NCBI GenBank assembly: GCA_028687715.1
Contig: JAQTZP010000004.1
Location: forward strand, 25,751 to 89,750
DNA from: Minisyncoccota bacterium
Lineage (GTDB): Bacteria; Patescibacteriota; Minisyncoccia; Minisyncoccales; GWA2-38-27
Direction: 5' to 3'
DNA: 64,000 bases
The notes beneath the pieces are model-generated. The model was not told where the DNA came from. It searched no databases and saw nothing but the letters and a program-made list of their open reading frames with translations. Positions 37,046-46,106 of the stretch are shown one piece after another. Each line of letters opens with the position of its first letter. Position 1 is the first letter of the stretch. Position numbers and translations under genes: made by a program.

Positions 37046-37879
37046 TTAACAAGTGGATAATTCACAGCTGTTTGTTAGCTTAATCCAATCATCAATACCT
37101 AATGTTTCAGCTCTTTGGCTTGGCCTAATTTCATTTTTCAAAAGCCATAACTTTATTCTGTTTTTATCCGATTTTAATTCTTTCGACAGGTTGTTTAAAA
37201 GCTGCTTCCTGGGCTGGGAGAAACCAGCTTTAACTATCTTAAAGAAGAGTTCCTTGTTGACCTTAATCTCGCTTGTCTTTGGAATAATTTCTATAACTGC
37301 GCTGTCTACTTTTGGCTTGGGCCAGAAATGATTTTTAGAAACATGTAAGATAATTTCAGCTTCTGCGTAGAATTGGACAGAAACAGCTAAAACATTCATT
37401 TTAGGAGGCTTTTCGCATATTCTCTCAGCCATTTCTTTTTGGACCAAAAGAACTATATTTTTAGGAGGACTTTTAGACTCAAGAAGCCTTTTTATAACAG
37501 GTGCTGTTAAATAATATGGGATGTTAGAGACCACATTATAATTATTCTGTATTTTATTATCAGATAGAAACCTTAAGATATCTTTTTGAACTATTTCTAT
37601 GTTCTTGATATCTTTTAGTGTTTTTTCCATTACCTTTATCATCTTAGGGTCTTTTTCAACTGCTATCACCTTTTTTGCCCTATTGGCCAATTCTTGGGTT
37701 AGATTTCCAATGCCTGGTCCAATCTCTAAAATAGTTTCATGCGGTTTAATAGAAGCTGTTTTGGTAATCCTTTGAGCTGTTTGCTTGTCAATCAGAAAAT
37801 TCTGACCCAATCCCTTAGAAGGAGAAATATTATGGTTTTTAAGAATCTCTTTGATGGTTTTTTGAGAAAATAGGTTCAT
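37046..37879 (-). CDS. rsmA: 16S rRNA (adenine1518/1519-N6)-dimethyltransferase
   Basis: 277 aa. GQNFLID start and SAM motif ILEIGPGIGNLT. Confidence 0.9.
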   Translation of the reverse strand: MNLFSQKTIKEILKNHNISPSKGLGQNFLIDKQTAQRITKTASIKPHETILEIGPGIGNLTQELANRAKKVIAVEKDPKMIKVMEKTLKDIKNIEIVQKDILRFLSDNKIQNNYNVVSNIPYYLTAPVIKRLLESKSPPKNIVLLVQKEMAERICEKPPKMNVLAVSVQFYAEAEIILHVSKNHFWPKPKVDSAVIEIIPKTSEIKVNKELFFKIVKAGFSQPRKQLLNNLSKELKSDKNRIKLWLLKNEIRPSQRAETLGIDDWIKLTNSCELSTC

Positions 37880-37987
37880 TGTGTTAATCTTACCCTTTTT
37901 ATAAATCCAAACAATATCTATAGGCTAATTGTGGAAAAACCCCTTGACCTCAGTTCTAAAAAAGGATAGGATTAAAATAACATAAAG

Positions 37988-39109
37988 ATGCTGCCTTTAT
38001 CTAATAATAAAGAGAATTTGCCTGTTGGAAGCGGCAATAAAAGGAATAAAAAGAAACGTAAAAGGGCTCTAAACCCTGTTTTTGTTAGCCTCTCATTCTT
38101 GTTTATTATCGTAATAGGAGTCTTGTTTTTTAAAGACAACAGCAATAAATCCCTTTTTGGACGGGATTTTTCTTTTTTGTCAGCAAACGCAAAAGATATA
38201 ATTTACTCCCAAAGATTATTTGTGGAACCGGCTAAAAATATTGTAAGTGATTCGCCTGATATAAATTTTGTTCAGGATAACAGTATAGCTAGAATTTGCC
38301 CTCCTGTTTCATTTAACCCCCAGTCTTTAGGCACTATTTTAGGGGAAGTGGATGTCGGCTCTGATATTGACGGCGAGATAAGGGAATACGTTGTTGAAGC
38401 AGGCGATACCCTTTCTTCTATTGCCCAGAAATTCAACATATCTCAGGAAACAATATTGTGGGCTAATAATCTAAAGAGCAAATCTGATATCAAGAATAAT
38501 CAGAAGCTTATAATCCTTCCAGTGTCCGGAGTCCTTCATATGGTAAAAGACGGAGATACTGTCGGTTCCATTGCCAAGGTCTACGGGTCAAGCTCGAAAG
38601 AGGTAGTTGATTTCAATAATTTGTCTGATGAAGGAAATATCTATATCGGAGATATTTTAGTTGTTCCCGGAGGAAAGGTGCCTCAGAAATCAGCGCCTTC
38701 GGTCCCTTCAATCCCCTTGGCTGATTCTTACTTTATCTTTCCCTGCGAAGGAACTATCAGTCAGGGCCCTCACGGCTCCTTCTTTAGCGCCATTGATATA
38801 GCCAATCAATGCGGCAAAATAGTTGTTGCCGCTGCCGGAGGAGTTGTTCAGAAGACGGGGTATATAAAAGTGGGAGGCAATATGGTGAATATCCTTCATC
38901 CGAACGGAGTTGTAACCTATTACGGACACCTTTCAAAAACAGCTGTGGCTCCCGGTCAGACAGTTGGAGCAGGAGATATAATAGGGTATATAGGAAATAC
39001 AGGCTATACTATCGGAGGCACTGGATGCCATCTCCACTTTGAAGTAAGGGGAGCAAAGAACTTTTTATCGCAGTATCCGGTAGGCACTTGCTTGAGCTGG
39101 AGGAAATAG
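37988..39109 (+). CDS. LysM-domain M23 family peptidoglycan endopeptidase
   Basis: 373 aa. N-terminal TM helix. Two LysM repeats (YVVEAGDTLSSIAQKFNIS and HMVKDGDTVGSIAKVYGSS). M23 catalytic motif HLHFEV. Confidence 0.85.
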   Translation: MLPLSNNKENLPVGSGNKRNKKKRKRALNPVFVSLSFLFIIVIGVLFFKDNSNKSLFGRDFSFLSANAKDIIYSQRLFVEPAKNIVSDSPDINFVQDNSIARICPPVSFNPQSLGTILGEVDVGSDIDGEIREYVVEAGDTLSSIAQKFNISQETILWANNLKSKSDIKNNQKLIILPVSGVLHMVKDGDTVGSIAKVYGSSSKEVVDFNNLSDEGNIYIGDILVVPGGKVPQKSAPSVPSIPLADSYFIFPCEGTISQGPHGSFFSAIDIANQCGKIVVAAAGGVVQKTGYIKVGGNMVNILHPNGVVTYYGHLSKTAVAPGQTVGAGDIIGYIGNTGYTIGGTGCHLHFEVRGAKNFLSQYPVGTCLSWRK

Positions 39110-39209
39110 GCTTAATCAATATCAATTTATAAAAGAGCAGATTAAGCTTTTTTATTTTGGAAAAGACAGTTCTTTTCTTTCATTTTAAAATATGTTAGAA
39201 TTTTAAAAG

Positions 39210-39647
39210 ATGAAAAAATCATTATTGATTATTTTTTTGATATTTACTGGATTATTATTTTTTACCAGTTCTGTTTCAGCTGCAGGAACAAATTGCCCGA
39301 CAGGACTGGTTCCCTGCGGTACAAGCGGCTGTCCCTGCACTCTGTGCGATTTTTTTGTAATGTTTAATAGGATTTTTGTATTCTTTCTTTATCCGCCGCC
39401 AATAGGAGGCGGAATTGTATTAGGCATTGCCATCCTAATGATTACATACTCTGGTTTTCTGTTTATGACCGCTTATACAGGATTGGCTGGAGATCCTCAA
39501 GGAGCTTTTTCAAGGGCAAAGCAGGTAATCATCTATACCATAATCGGGCTTTTAATAGTATACGGGGCTTGGATAATACTGCATACCTTTTTCTATCTTA
39601 TCGGTTTTAATAGATACGGAAGCTGGTATCAGGTTAACTGCCAGTAA
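39210..39647 (+). CDS. T4SS pilin-like protein (second copy, Cys-rich N-terminal region)
   Basis: 145 aa. Signal peptide ending SVSAAG, a Cys-rich stretch (NCPTGLVPCGTSGCPCTLC), and two TM helices flanking a GDPQGAFSRAKQ loop. Same architecture as the 28133 gene. Confidence 0.6.
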   Translation: MKKSLLIIFLIFTGLLFFTSSVSAAGTNCPTGLVPCGTSGCPCTLCDFFVMFNRIFVFFLYPPPIGGGIVLGIAILMITYSGFLFMTAYTGLAGDPQGAFSRAKQVIIYTIIGLLIVYGAWIILHTFFYLIGFNRYGSWYQVNCQ

Positions 39648-39720
39648 GCCCTCATAGCTCAATTGGCAGAGCAGATCCCTCTTAAGGATAAGGTTCCAGG
39701 TTCGACTCCTGGTGGGGGCA
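39648..39720 (+). tRNA. tRNA-Lys (anticodon CTT)
   Basis: Manual cloverleaf: acceptor GCCCTCA/TGGGGGC, D arm GCTC/GAGC, anticodon loop CTCTTAA, T arm CCAGG-TTCGACT-CCTGG. 73 nt, no encoded CCA. Confidence 0.85.
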
Positions 39721-39847
39721 TATGTTTGTTAAGAACTTAGGGCTTTACAAATTATTCATTTGTTATAATATCAATAATTAATATCAAAAAAGGTATTTTG
39801 CCTTTTTTATTTTTTAATTGTAAAATTAAGTTAAGAAAATAAAAATT

Positions 39848-40111
39848 ATGTTGTCGTTAGAAGAAAAAAACAAAATTATCCAAAAATACAAAATTCATGA
39901 TAAAGACAGCGGTTCAAGCGAGGTTCAAATCGCTCTTTTTACCGAAGAGATAAAAAAGCTTCTTTCTCATTTAAAAAAGAACTCTAAAGACCTTCATTCA
40001 AAAAGAGGGCTTTTGGGTATGGTTTCTAAAAGAAGAAAGCTTTTAAAGTATCTAAAAAAAGAAGACGAGAAAAGGTACAAAGAGATATTGAAGAAAATAG
40101 GACTTAAATAA
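39848..40111 (+). CDS. rpsO: 30S ribosomal protein S15
   Basis: 87 aa. DSGSSEVQIALFTEEIKKLLSHLKKNSKDLHSKRGLLGMVSKRRKLLKYL is typical of uS15. Confidence 0.9.
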   Translation: MLSLEEKNKIIQKYKIHDKDSGSSEVQIALFTEEIKKLLSHLKKNSKDLHSKRGLLGMVSKRRKLLKYLKKEDEKRYKEILKKIGLK

Positions 40112-40115
40112 ATTT

Positions 40116-40619
40116 ATGGTTATAAAGCACATAGGTCAAAAAGTTGCGGTTTTAATAGATGTTCAGAATCTTTATCATTCAGCAAAAAACCTTTATCAGG
40201 CAAGAGTTAATTTTCAGGAGGTTTTAAAATTAGCAGTCAGTAAAAGGAATCTAATTAGGGTTTTTGCCTATGTTGTTAGAACAAAAACAGGAGAGGAAAA
40301 GCCTTTCTTTGAAGCGCTTACAAAACTTGGCATTGAAACAAGAATTAGAGATTTGCAGGAATTCTACGGCGGACAGAAAAAAGCTGACTGGGATGTTGGA
40401 ATTGTAATAGACGCAATTAGGATTGCTTCAAGCGTTGATACTATAATTTTAGCCTCAGGAGACGGAGATTTTATCTCTTTGGTGGAATATCTTAAAAACC
40501 AGGGGAAAAGAGTAGAGGTAATGGCTTTCGGCAGGTCTGCTTCGTCTCATCTAAAAGAAGTAGCTGATGAATTTATAGATTTAGGAGAAACTCCCTCAAA
40601 GTTTTTATTTAAAAAATAG
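40116..40619 (+). CDS. NYN/LabA-like domain protein (predicted RNase fold)
   Basis: 167 aa. VAVLIDVQNLYHSAK start and ILASGDGDFISLVEYLKNQGKRVEVMAF are typical of NYN/LabA domains. Confidence 0.7.
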   Translation: MVIKHIGQKVAVLIDVQNLYHSAKNLYQARVNFQEVLKLAVSKRNLIRVFAYVVRTKTGEEKPFFEALTKLGIETRIRDLQEFYGGQKKADWDVGIVIDAIRIASSVDTIILASGDGDFISLVEYLKNQGKRVEVMAFGRSASSHLKEVADEFIDLGETPSKFLFKK

Positions 40620-40622
40620 AAT

Positions 40623-42728
40623 ATGAAGTTCAACTTAGAAATAAACAACAAGAATTTAGAGGTAGAATATAATAATTTGGCAGAACAAGCAAACGGCAAT
40701 GTTATGGTTTCTTTGGGCGACACAGTAGTTTTAGCCACTTCCGTAATGTCTAAAGAAGAAAGGGAGAATTTAGGTTTTTTCCCTTTAACAGTGGAATATG
40801 AAGAAAAATACTATGCTGCTGGGAAAATAAAAGGCTCCCGATATATCAAGCGCGAGAGCAGGCCTTCTGACGAAGCAATCTGCAACGCCCGCTTGATTGA
40901 TAGGGCAATCAGGCCTCTTTTTGACAAGGATTTATCAAGAGAGGTTCAGGTTATAGCAACTGTTTTATCCTGGGATAATGAAAACGACCCTGATGTCTTA
41001 GCCCTTATATCCTCTTCTTTATCTTTGGCAATTTCTGATATCCCTTGGCAGGGCCCTGTCTCTGCGGCAAGGGTGATTAAAACCAAAGACGGCAGATTTA
41101 TTCTAAACCCAAGCTATGAAGAAAGAGAAAACAGCGAACTGGATATTGTTTTTGCCGCTGTTTTAAGAGACAAAGAAATCCTTATTAATATGATAGAAGG
41201 AGGAGCTGATGAAGCAGACGAGGAATCAGTATTGAAAGCTTTTGACCTATCCCGCGATTACTTGGAAAAACTGATTGAATTTCAAAAAGAAGTTGCAGAA
41301 AAAATAGGAAAGGAAAAGATAAAAATAGAGAAATATGAACCTGAGGAGTCTTTTAGGAATAAAATGAGGGAGATATTGGCTGACAGATTGGAAAAAGCTC
41401 TTTTTCAAAAGGACAAAGATAAAAGGGCTCAAGATGTAAATCTTTTAAAACAGGAATTTATTTCAACCCTTTTGGAATCAGAAACAGATTCAAATAAGAT
41501 TAAGTTTGCTAAAAAGTTCTTTGATGAGGAGATTGACAATCTGGTTCATCTAAACGCAATAAAGCATAACAAGAGAGTTGACGGCAGAAAACTCGACGAG
41601 CTTAGAGAAATAAGCTGCGAGGTCGGGTTGTTAAAACGGGCTCACGGTTCAGCTCTTTTTTCCCGAGGACAGACAAAATCTTTATCTATACTAACCCTGG
41701 GCGCTCCCGGAGACCAGCAGCTGTTGGAAGGAATGGAGATTGTAGGCAAGAAAAGATTTATGCATCATTACAATTTTCCTCCTTATTCTACTGGAGAAGT
41801 AAAACCAGTAAGGGGCCCGGGCAGAAGAGAGATTGGGCATGGCATGCTGGCTGAAAAAGCAATTCTGCCTCTAATTCCCTCTGTTGACGAGTTTCCCTAT
41901 ACTATTCGTTCTGTTTCAGAGATGCTTTCTTCAAACGGCTCTACCTCAATGGCTTCTGTCACAAGCACTTCTTTAGCTTTAATGGATGCCGGGGTTCCCA
42001 TCAAGAACCCTGCTTCAGGCATTGCCATCGGTCTTATGCAGGACCTTGAAACAGAAGAGTTCAAGGTTTTAACTGATATCCAGGGTCCTGAAGACCATCA
42101 TGGAGACATGGATTTTAAAGTTGCCGGAACCGAAAAAGGCATTACTGCTATTCAGCTTGATGTAAAGATTTGGGGGATTAACAAAGAAATTATGAAAGAG
42201 GCGCTTTCTAGAGCTAAGAAAGCGAGGCTTGAAATACTTAATAAAATGAAAAAAGTCATATCCGGCCCCAGATCCGAGCTTTCTCCTTTTGCTCCAAGGA
42301 TTTTAACCATGCAGATAAATCCAGAGAAAATAAGGGAGGTAATAGGCCCGGGCGGTAAAATAATAAATGCTATTATCGCTGAGACCGGAGTTTCAATCGA
42401 TATTCAGGATTCAGGCCTTATCTTTATTACTTCAGATAAAGAAGAAACTGCCAATAAAGCTCTTGAATGGATAAAAAACATCACAAAAGAGGTAGAGGTT
42501 GGAGAAGTTTTTACAGGGAAAGTAAAAAGAATATTGGAATTCGGCGCCTTTGTAGAGATTCTGCCTGGCCAGGAGGGCATGATTCATATTTCTAAATTAG
42601 GCCAAAAGACCAGGGTAAAGAAGGTAGAAGATGTATTAAAAATTGGAGATAATGTATCTGTAAAAGTTATTTCTATTGACGAGCAGGGAAGGATAAACTT
42701 AACTCTTTTAAAAAAGGAGAACAAATAG
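40623..42728 (+). CDS. pnp: Polyribonucleotide nucleotidyltransferase (PNPase)
   Basis: 701 aa. Two RNase PH-like domains, then KH (GPGGKIINAI) and S1 (GEVFTGKVKRILEFGAFVEI) domains. Confidence 0.93.
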   Translation: MKFNLEINNKNLEVEYNNLAEQANGNVMVSLGDTVVLATSVMSKEERENLGFFPLTVEYEEKYYAAGKIKGSRYIKRESRPSDEAICNARLIDRAIRPLFDKDLSREVQVIATVLSWDNENDPDVLALISSSLSLAISDIPWQGPVSAARVIKTKDGRFILNPSYEERENSELDIVFAAVLRDKEILINMIEGGADEADEESVLKAFDLSRDYLEKLIEFQKEVAEKIGKEKIKIEKYEPEESFRNKMREILADRLEKALFQKDKDKRAQDVNLLKQEFISTLLESETDSNKIKFAKKFFDEEIDNLVHLNAIKHNKRVDGRKLDELREISCEVGLLKRAHGSALFSRGQTKSLSILTLGAPGDQQLLEGMEIVGKKRFMHHYNFPPYSTGEVKPVRGPGRREIGHGMLAEKAILPLIPSVDEFPYTIRSVSEMLSSNGSTSMASVTSTSLALMDAGVPIKNPASGIAIGLMQDLETEEFKVLTDIQGPEDHHGDMDFKVAGTEKGITAIQLDVKIWGINKEIMKEALSRAKKARLEILNKMKKVISGPRSELSPFAPRILTMQINPEKIREVIGPGGKIINAIIAETGVSIDIQDSGLIFITSDKEETANKALEWIKNITKEVEVGEVFTGKVKRILEFGAFVEILPGQEGMIHISKLGQKTRVKKVEDVLKIGDNVSVKVISIDEQGRINLTLLKKENK

Positions 42729-42759
42729 AAATTAAGCCTCTAGTCTCTCTTTTATTTTC

Positions 42760-45525
42760 ATGAAAGAAGATTTCTTGAAAACAGGGAATATAATAACAAT
42801 GGAAAAAGACATTGCCCGTCTTGAGGGCAGGGAGATTAAAAGACCCTCTGCTCCTGTTTTTATTGAACCCGAAGTTGTCAAAGCTAAGCCGGATAAAAAA
42901 AAAGAAGAAAAAAAGAAAGAAGAGGAAATCTTAGAAAACCAATTAAAAGAAAAAAGAAGGATAGAAGCGCTTCTAAAAGAAGAAGAGGAAAAGAGGCAAA
43001 AAGAGGAAAGACAAAAAATAATTGAAGAAGAAAAGAAAAAGCAGGAGATTAAGAAAAAAGAAGAAGAGGAAAGGATAAGGATTGAAGAAGAGAAAAAAAG
43101 ACAGGAAAAAGAAGCGCTGATAAGAGAGAGGGAAAAGGAACAGGAGATAAAGCGGATTGAAGAGGAAAAGAAAATCAGGGAAAAGATAAAGACAGAAGAA
43201 GAAGAAAGATTAATGGCAGATCCCAAAAAGAAAAGAGAGGCTCTTCTTGTCCAGCTGGAAGGGTTTAAAAAACAAAAAAACGAGATAAACAGAGAGCTTG
43301 AAAGATTTACAGTAGAAGAAAAACCTTTAAATAACAGAAAAGCAATACTCTTGAAAGAAATAGAAAGCATCAAGAAGGGTTTTGACCTTATCGCTGAGAG
43401 AGAAAAAAAGATAGAAGAAGAAGAAAGAGGGCTTGAAAGAAAAGAAGAAGAGGCTGTAGAGGCAAGAGATAGAAGAAAGCTGGAAAAAGAAAGATGGAGG
43501 ATAGAAGAAAAGAGGCAGGATCTTGAAAAGAAAAGATGGCCTTGGGACGAAAGGCTTAAAAATCTAAGCGATAAGATAGAAGAGATTGATATAGAGCTTA
43601 AAAGTATAGAGAATAAGGGATCTGGGTTTAGAAAGAAGGAGAAAGATATCAAGAAATCAGAAGACAATATCCGTCTTCAGATTGAGATAATTGATTTAAT
43701 AGAGGAGTCAAAGAAAATCGAAGAGCTTAAAAAGGTTGTCGCAGAGAAAAAGAACGAGCTTTTAAGCAGTTTAGATGGCTTTGATGAAAGAATTAAAGAT
43801 ATTTCAGATAAAGAAAAAGAAGTTGAAGAGGAAAAGAAGATAATTGAAAGCGAGGAGGAGACAAGCTCTGATTTTGAAAAAAGAAAAGAATTAGAACAAA
43901 AAAGATGGCAGATTGGAGAGGAAAGAAGGGGTATTGAAAAGCAAAGATGGCAGATTGAGGAGGAAAAAGAAAAAGTAGAGGATAATATCAAAAGAAGCGA
44001 AGAGAGATTCCAGAGTTTGATAAATAGAGCAAGCAGAATAATAGAGAGAAAGAAAGAAATTGAGAGAATTCTAACAGGAAAAGAACCCGAAGAAGAGGAA
44101 AAAAAGATAGAGAAAAAACCTGCTCTAAAACCTGTTGTTTTAGAGAAGCCAATCACTAAAGATAAAAAACCTGTTGAAGAACCTTTGATTTTAAAAGAAA
44201 AAGATGAAAAGCCTGAAGTATTTGATGAAAAGATTGAAGAAGCTAAAAAAAGAATTGCCGCTTTAAAAGACAGCCAAAAGGGGTCAGTTCAGAAGTGGGA
44301 GGACGAAGAAAGAAAAAGAGTGGAAAAAGAGGTTCTTGAAGAAAAAAAGAAGGCAGAGTTTTTGAAGATGGAGGAGGAAAGAAGAAAAGAGATTCTTTCG
44401 CGCTTGGAGGAAAAAGAAGTTGAGTTTGAAAAAGTTGAACCCATAGCAGCTTCTCCTCCTTTGAAAAAAGCTGTTTTAGAAAGAGATAAGGTTCCTAAAA
44501 AGACAACTTTTAAAGAAAAGCTTTGGGTAAGATTTTTAATATTCTCTTTTATCTTTACAATTTTAGCCGCAGTTGCAACTTTTTGGTACTGGTATCTCGT
44601 AGTAAATAGAAAGATTGTTGTTTTCCCTGACTCTGGAGGACCTCAAGAGGAAGCTGTTTTGCCTGAAGAGGAAGAATTAGAAGCTGGCTTGCCTGCTTCT
44701 ATTTTTTCCGCAGAAGAAACTAAAGTTATCAGCATATCTTCTTCAAATGAGTTAAGCGATTTAATAAAGCAGACTCTCGGCCAGTGGCATAATATAGAGC
44801 GTTTTAAAAGGATAGTAATAAAAGATGCAAAAGAGAATAAGATCCTCAATTTCAGAGAATTTCTGAATCATCTGAACATAGAGCTTCCTGAAAGCTTTTA
44901 TAGTATAATAGGAGACAAGTTCACTTTATTTATTTTCTCTCAAGCAGAAGGAAATAGAATCGGATTCGTGGTTGATATAGCCGATAAAAACAGAATGTCT
45001 TCTTTTCTTTCTTCAAGAGAGTCATCATTAAAACAGGACTTTAATCCTTTATACTCTCTAATGATAAATAATAATCCTGTTCTAAGCTCCCAATTCAAGA
45101 ATTCTTCTTCTGTAAGAGGTTATGTTGGTCTTAATTTCAGGTACCTGACTCTGGGGAAAGAAGATTTAGGTCTTTGCTATATTATCACTGATAATTATTT
45201 AGCCTTTACCAGCTCCTGGAACAGCGCTGTAAAGGTAATGGAAAGATTAAATATTGCTGGTTCTTCGGCAAAGATTGATAAAAATCTTAAGTACGGCGAT
45301 ACCGGAGAAGAGGTAACCCTTCTTCAATCATGGCTGGCTCAAGACTCTGTTATTTTCCCTGAGAAGATAATAAGCGGCATATTTGGAGATTCTACCAAAA
45401 GAGCCGTGATTCGCTTTCAGGAAAAATACGCTTCAGAGATTTTAGCCCCTCAGGGTCTTACCAGCCCAACTGGCGAAGTTGATTCTTTAACCAGGGAAAA
45501 ATTAAATGAGATTTATGGAAAATAA
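42760..45525 (+). CDS. Glu/Lys-rich coiled-coil membrane protein with C-terminal peptidoglycan-binding domain
   Basis: 921 aa. About 560 aa of E/K/R low-complexity helix encoded by purine-rich DNA (about 42880-44450). One TM helix (LWVRFLIFSFIFTILAAVATFWYWYLVV). An extracytoplasmic domain and a PG_binding_1-like end (GDTGEEVTLLQSWL...FGDSTKRAVIRFQEKY). Confidence 0.8.
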   Translation: MKEDFLKTGNIITMEKDIARLEGREIKRPSAPVFIEPEVVKAKPDKKKEEKKKEEEILENQLKEKRRIEALLKEEEEKRQKEERQKIIEEEKKKQEIKKKEEEERIRIEEEKKRQEKEALIREREKEQEIKRIEEEKKIREKIKTEEEERLMADPKKKREALLVQLEGFKKQKNEINRELERFTVEEKPLNNRKAILLKEIESIKKGFDLIAEREKKIEEEERGLERKEEEAVEARDRRKLEKERWRIEEKRQDLEKKRWPWDERLKNLSDKIEEIDIELKSIENKGSGFRKKEKDIKKSEDNIRLQIEIIDLIEESKKIEELKKVVAEKKNELLSSLDGFDERIKDISDKEKEVEEEKKIIESEEETSSDFEKRKELEQKRWQIGEERRGIEKQRWQIEEEKEKVEDNIKRSEERFQSLINRASRIIERKKEIERILTGKEPEEEEKKIEKKPALKPVVLEKPITKDKKPVEEPLILKEKDEKPEVFDEKIEEAKKRIAALKDSQKGSVQKWEDEERKRVEKEVLEEKKKAEFLKMEEERRKEILSRLEEKEVEFEKVEPIAASPPLKKAVLERDKVPKKTTFKEKLWVRFLIFSFIFTILAAVATFWYWYLVVNRKIVVFPDSGGPQEEAVLPEEEELEAGLPASIFSAEETKVISISSSNELSDLIKQTLGQWHNIERFKRIVIKDAKENKILNFREFLNHLNIELPESFYSIIGDKFTLFIFSQAEGNRIGFVVDIADKNRMSSFLSSRESSLKQDFNPLYSLMINNNPVLSSQFKNSSSVRGYVGLNFRYLTLGKEDLGLCYIITDNYLAFTSSWNSAVKVMERLNIAGSSAKIDKNLKYGDTGEEVTLLQSWLAQDSVIFPEKIISGIFGDSTKRAVIRFQEKYASEILAPQGLTSPTGEVDSLTREKLNEIYGK

Positions 45526-45544
45526 TAAATAAGAGATTAAATAT

Positions 45545-45919
45545 ATGAATAAAAAAACCATTAAAGAGCTTAAAGAGAAGCTTGAAAAGCAAAAATCAGA
45601 TATAGAGTCTGAGCTTTTAAAATTTGCCAAAGAGGATAAGAAAATCAAGGGAGACTGGGATACAAAATATCCCAGAACTGATGGAGGAACAGGAAGCCAG
45701 ACAATGGAGGATGCGGCTGACCAGGTAGAAGAATATGCCAATTTACTGCCGGTAGAGCATAGTCTAGAGCTAAGACTGAAGGATATAAATTTTGCCTTGG
45801 AAAAAATTAAAAAGAATAAATACGGAAAATGCGAAAAATGCAAAAAGCAGATTGACGAGGAAAGATTAAAAGTTTATCCAGAGGCAAGGTTCTGCGCTAA
45901 TTGTCCTAAAAAAAGATAA
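45545..45919 (+). CDS. DksA/TraR-family C4 zinc-finger protein
   Basis: 124 aa. C-terminal CEKCKKQIDEERLKVYPEARFCANC, preceded by a coiled-coil region. Confidence 0.75.
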   Translation: MNKKTIKELKEKLEKQKSDIESELLKFAKEDKKIKGDWDTKYPRTDGGTGSQTMEDAADQVEEYANLLPVEHSLELRLKDINFALEKIKKNKYGKCEKCKKQIDEERLKVYPEARFCANCPKKR

Positions 45920-45951
45920 AAAACGCTTTTTTAAAGCATTTTTTACGTTTA

Positions 45952-46024
45952 TGCCCCCGGAAGGATTCGAACCCTCAACTAGGCGTCCGAAGCGCCTCGT
46001 GTTGTCCAGTTATACCACAGGGGC
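45952..46024 (-). tRNA. tRNA-Arg (anticodon TCG)
   Basis: Manual cloverleaf on the minus strand: acceptor GCCCCTG/CGGGGGC, anticodon stem AGGCG/CGCCT with loop CTTCGGA, T arm GAGGG-TTCGAAT-CCTTC. 73 nt, no encoded CCA. Confidence 0.85.
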
Positions 46025-46106
46025 TTTTTTAATTCTAACATAAAATTGCTTAAAATCAATTCTAGGCTTATTGAAAAAAAGCATAAATTAAGATAGAGTA
46101 AATTTA

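Noticed and set aside
42732-45843. Long minus-strand ORFs (42732..43667, 43677..44156, 44643..44849, 45502..45843) encoding Ser/Phe/Leu-rich proteins.
   Set aside because: They are antisense shadows of the purine-rich Glu/Lys-coding strand. They are low-complexity with no motifs, whereas the plus-strand ORF has a TM helix and a PG-binding domain.
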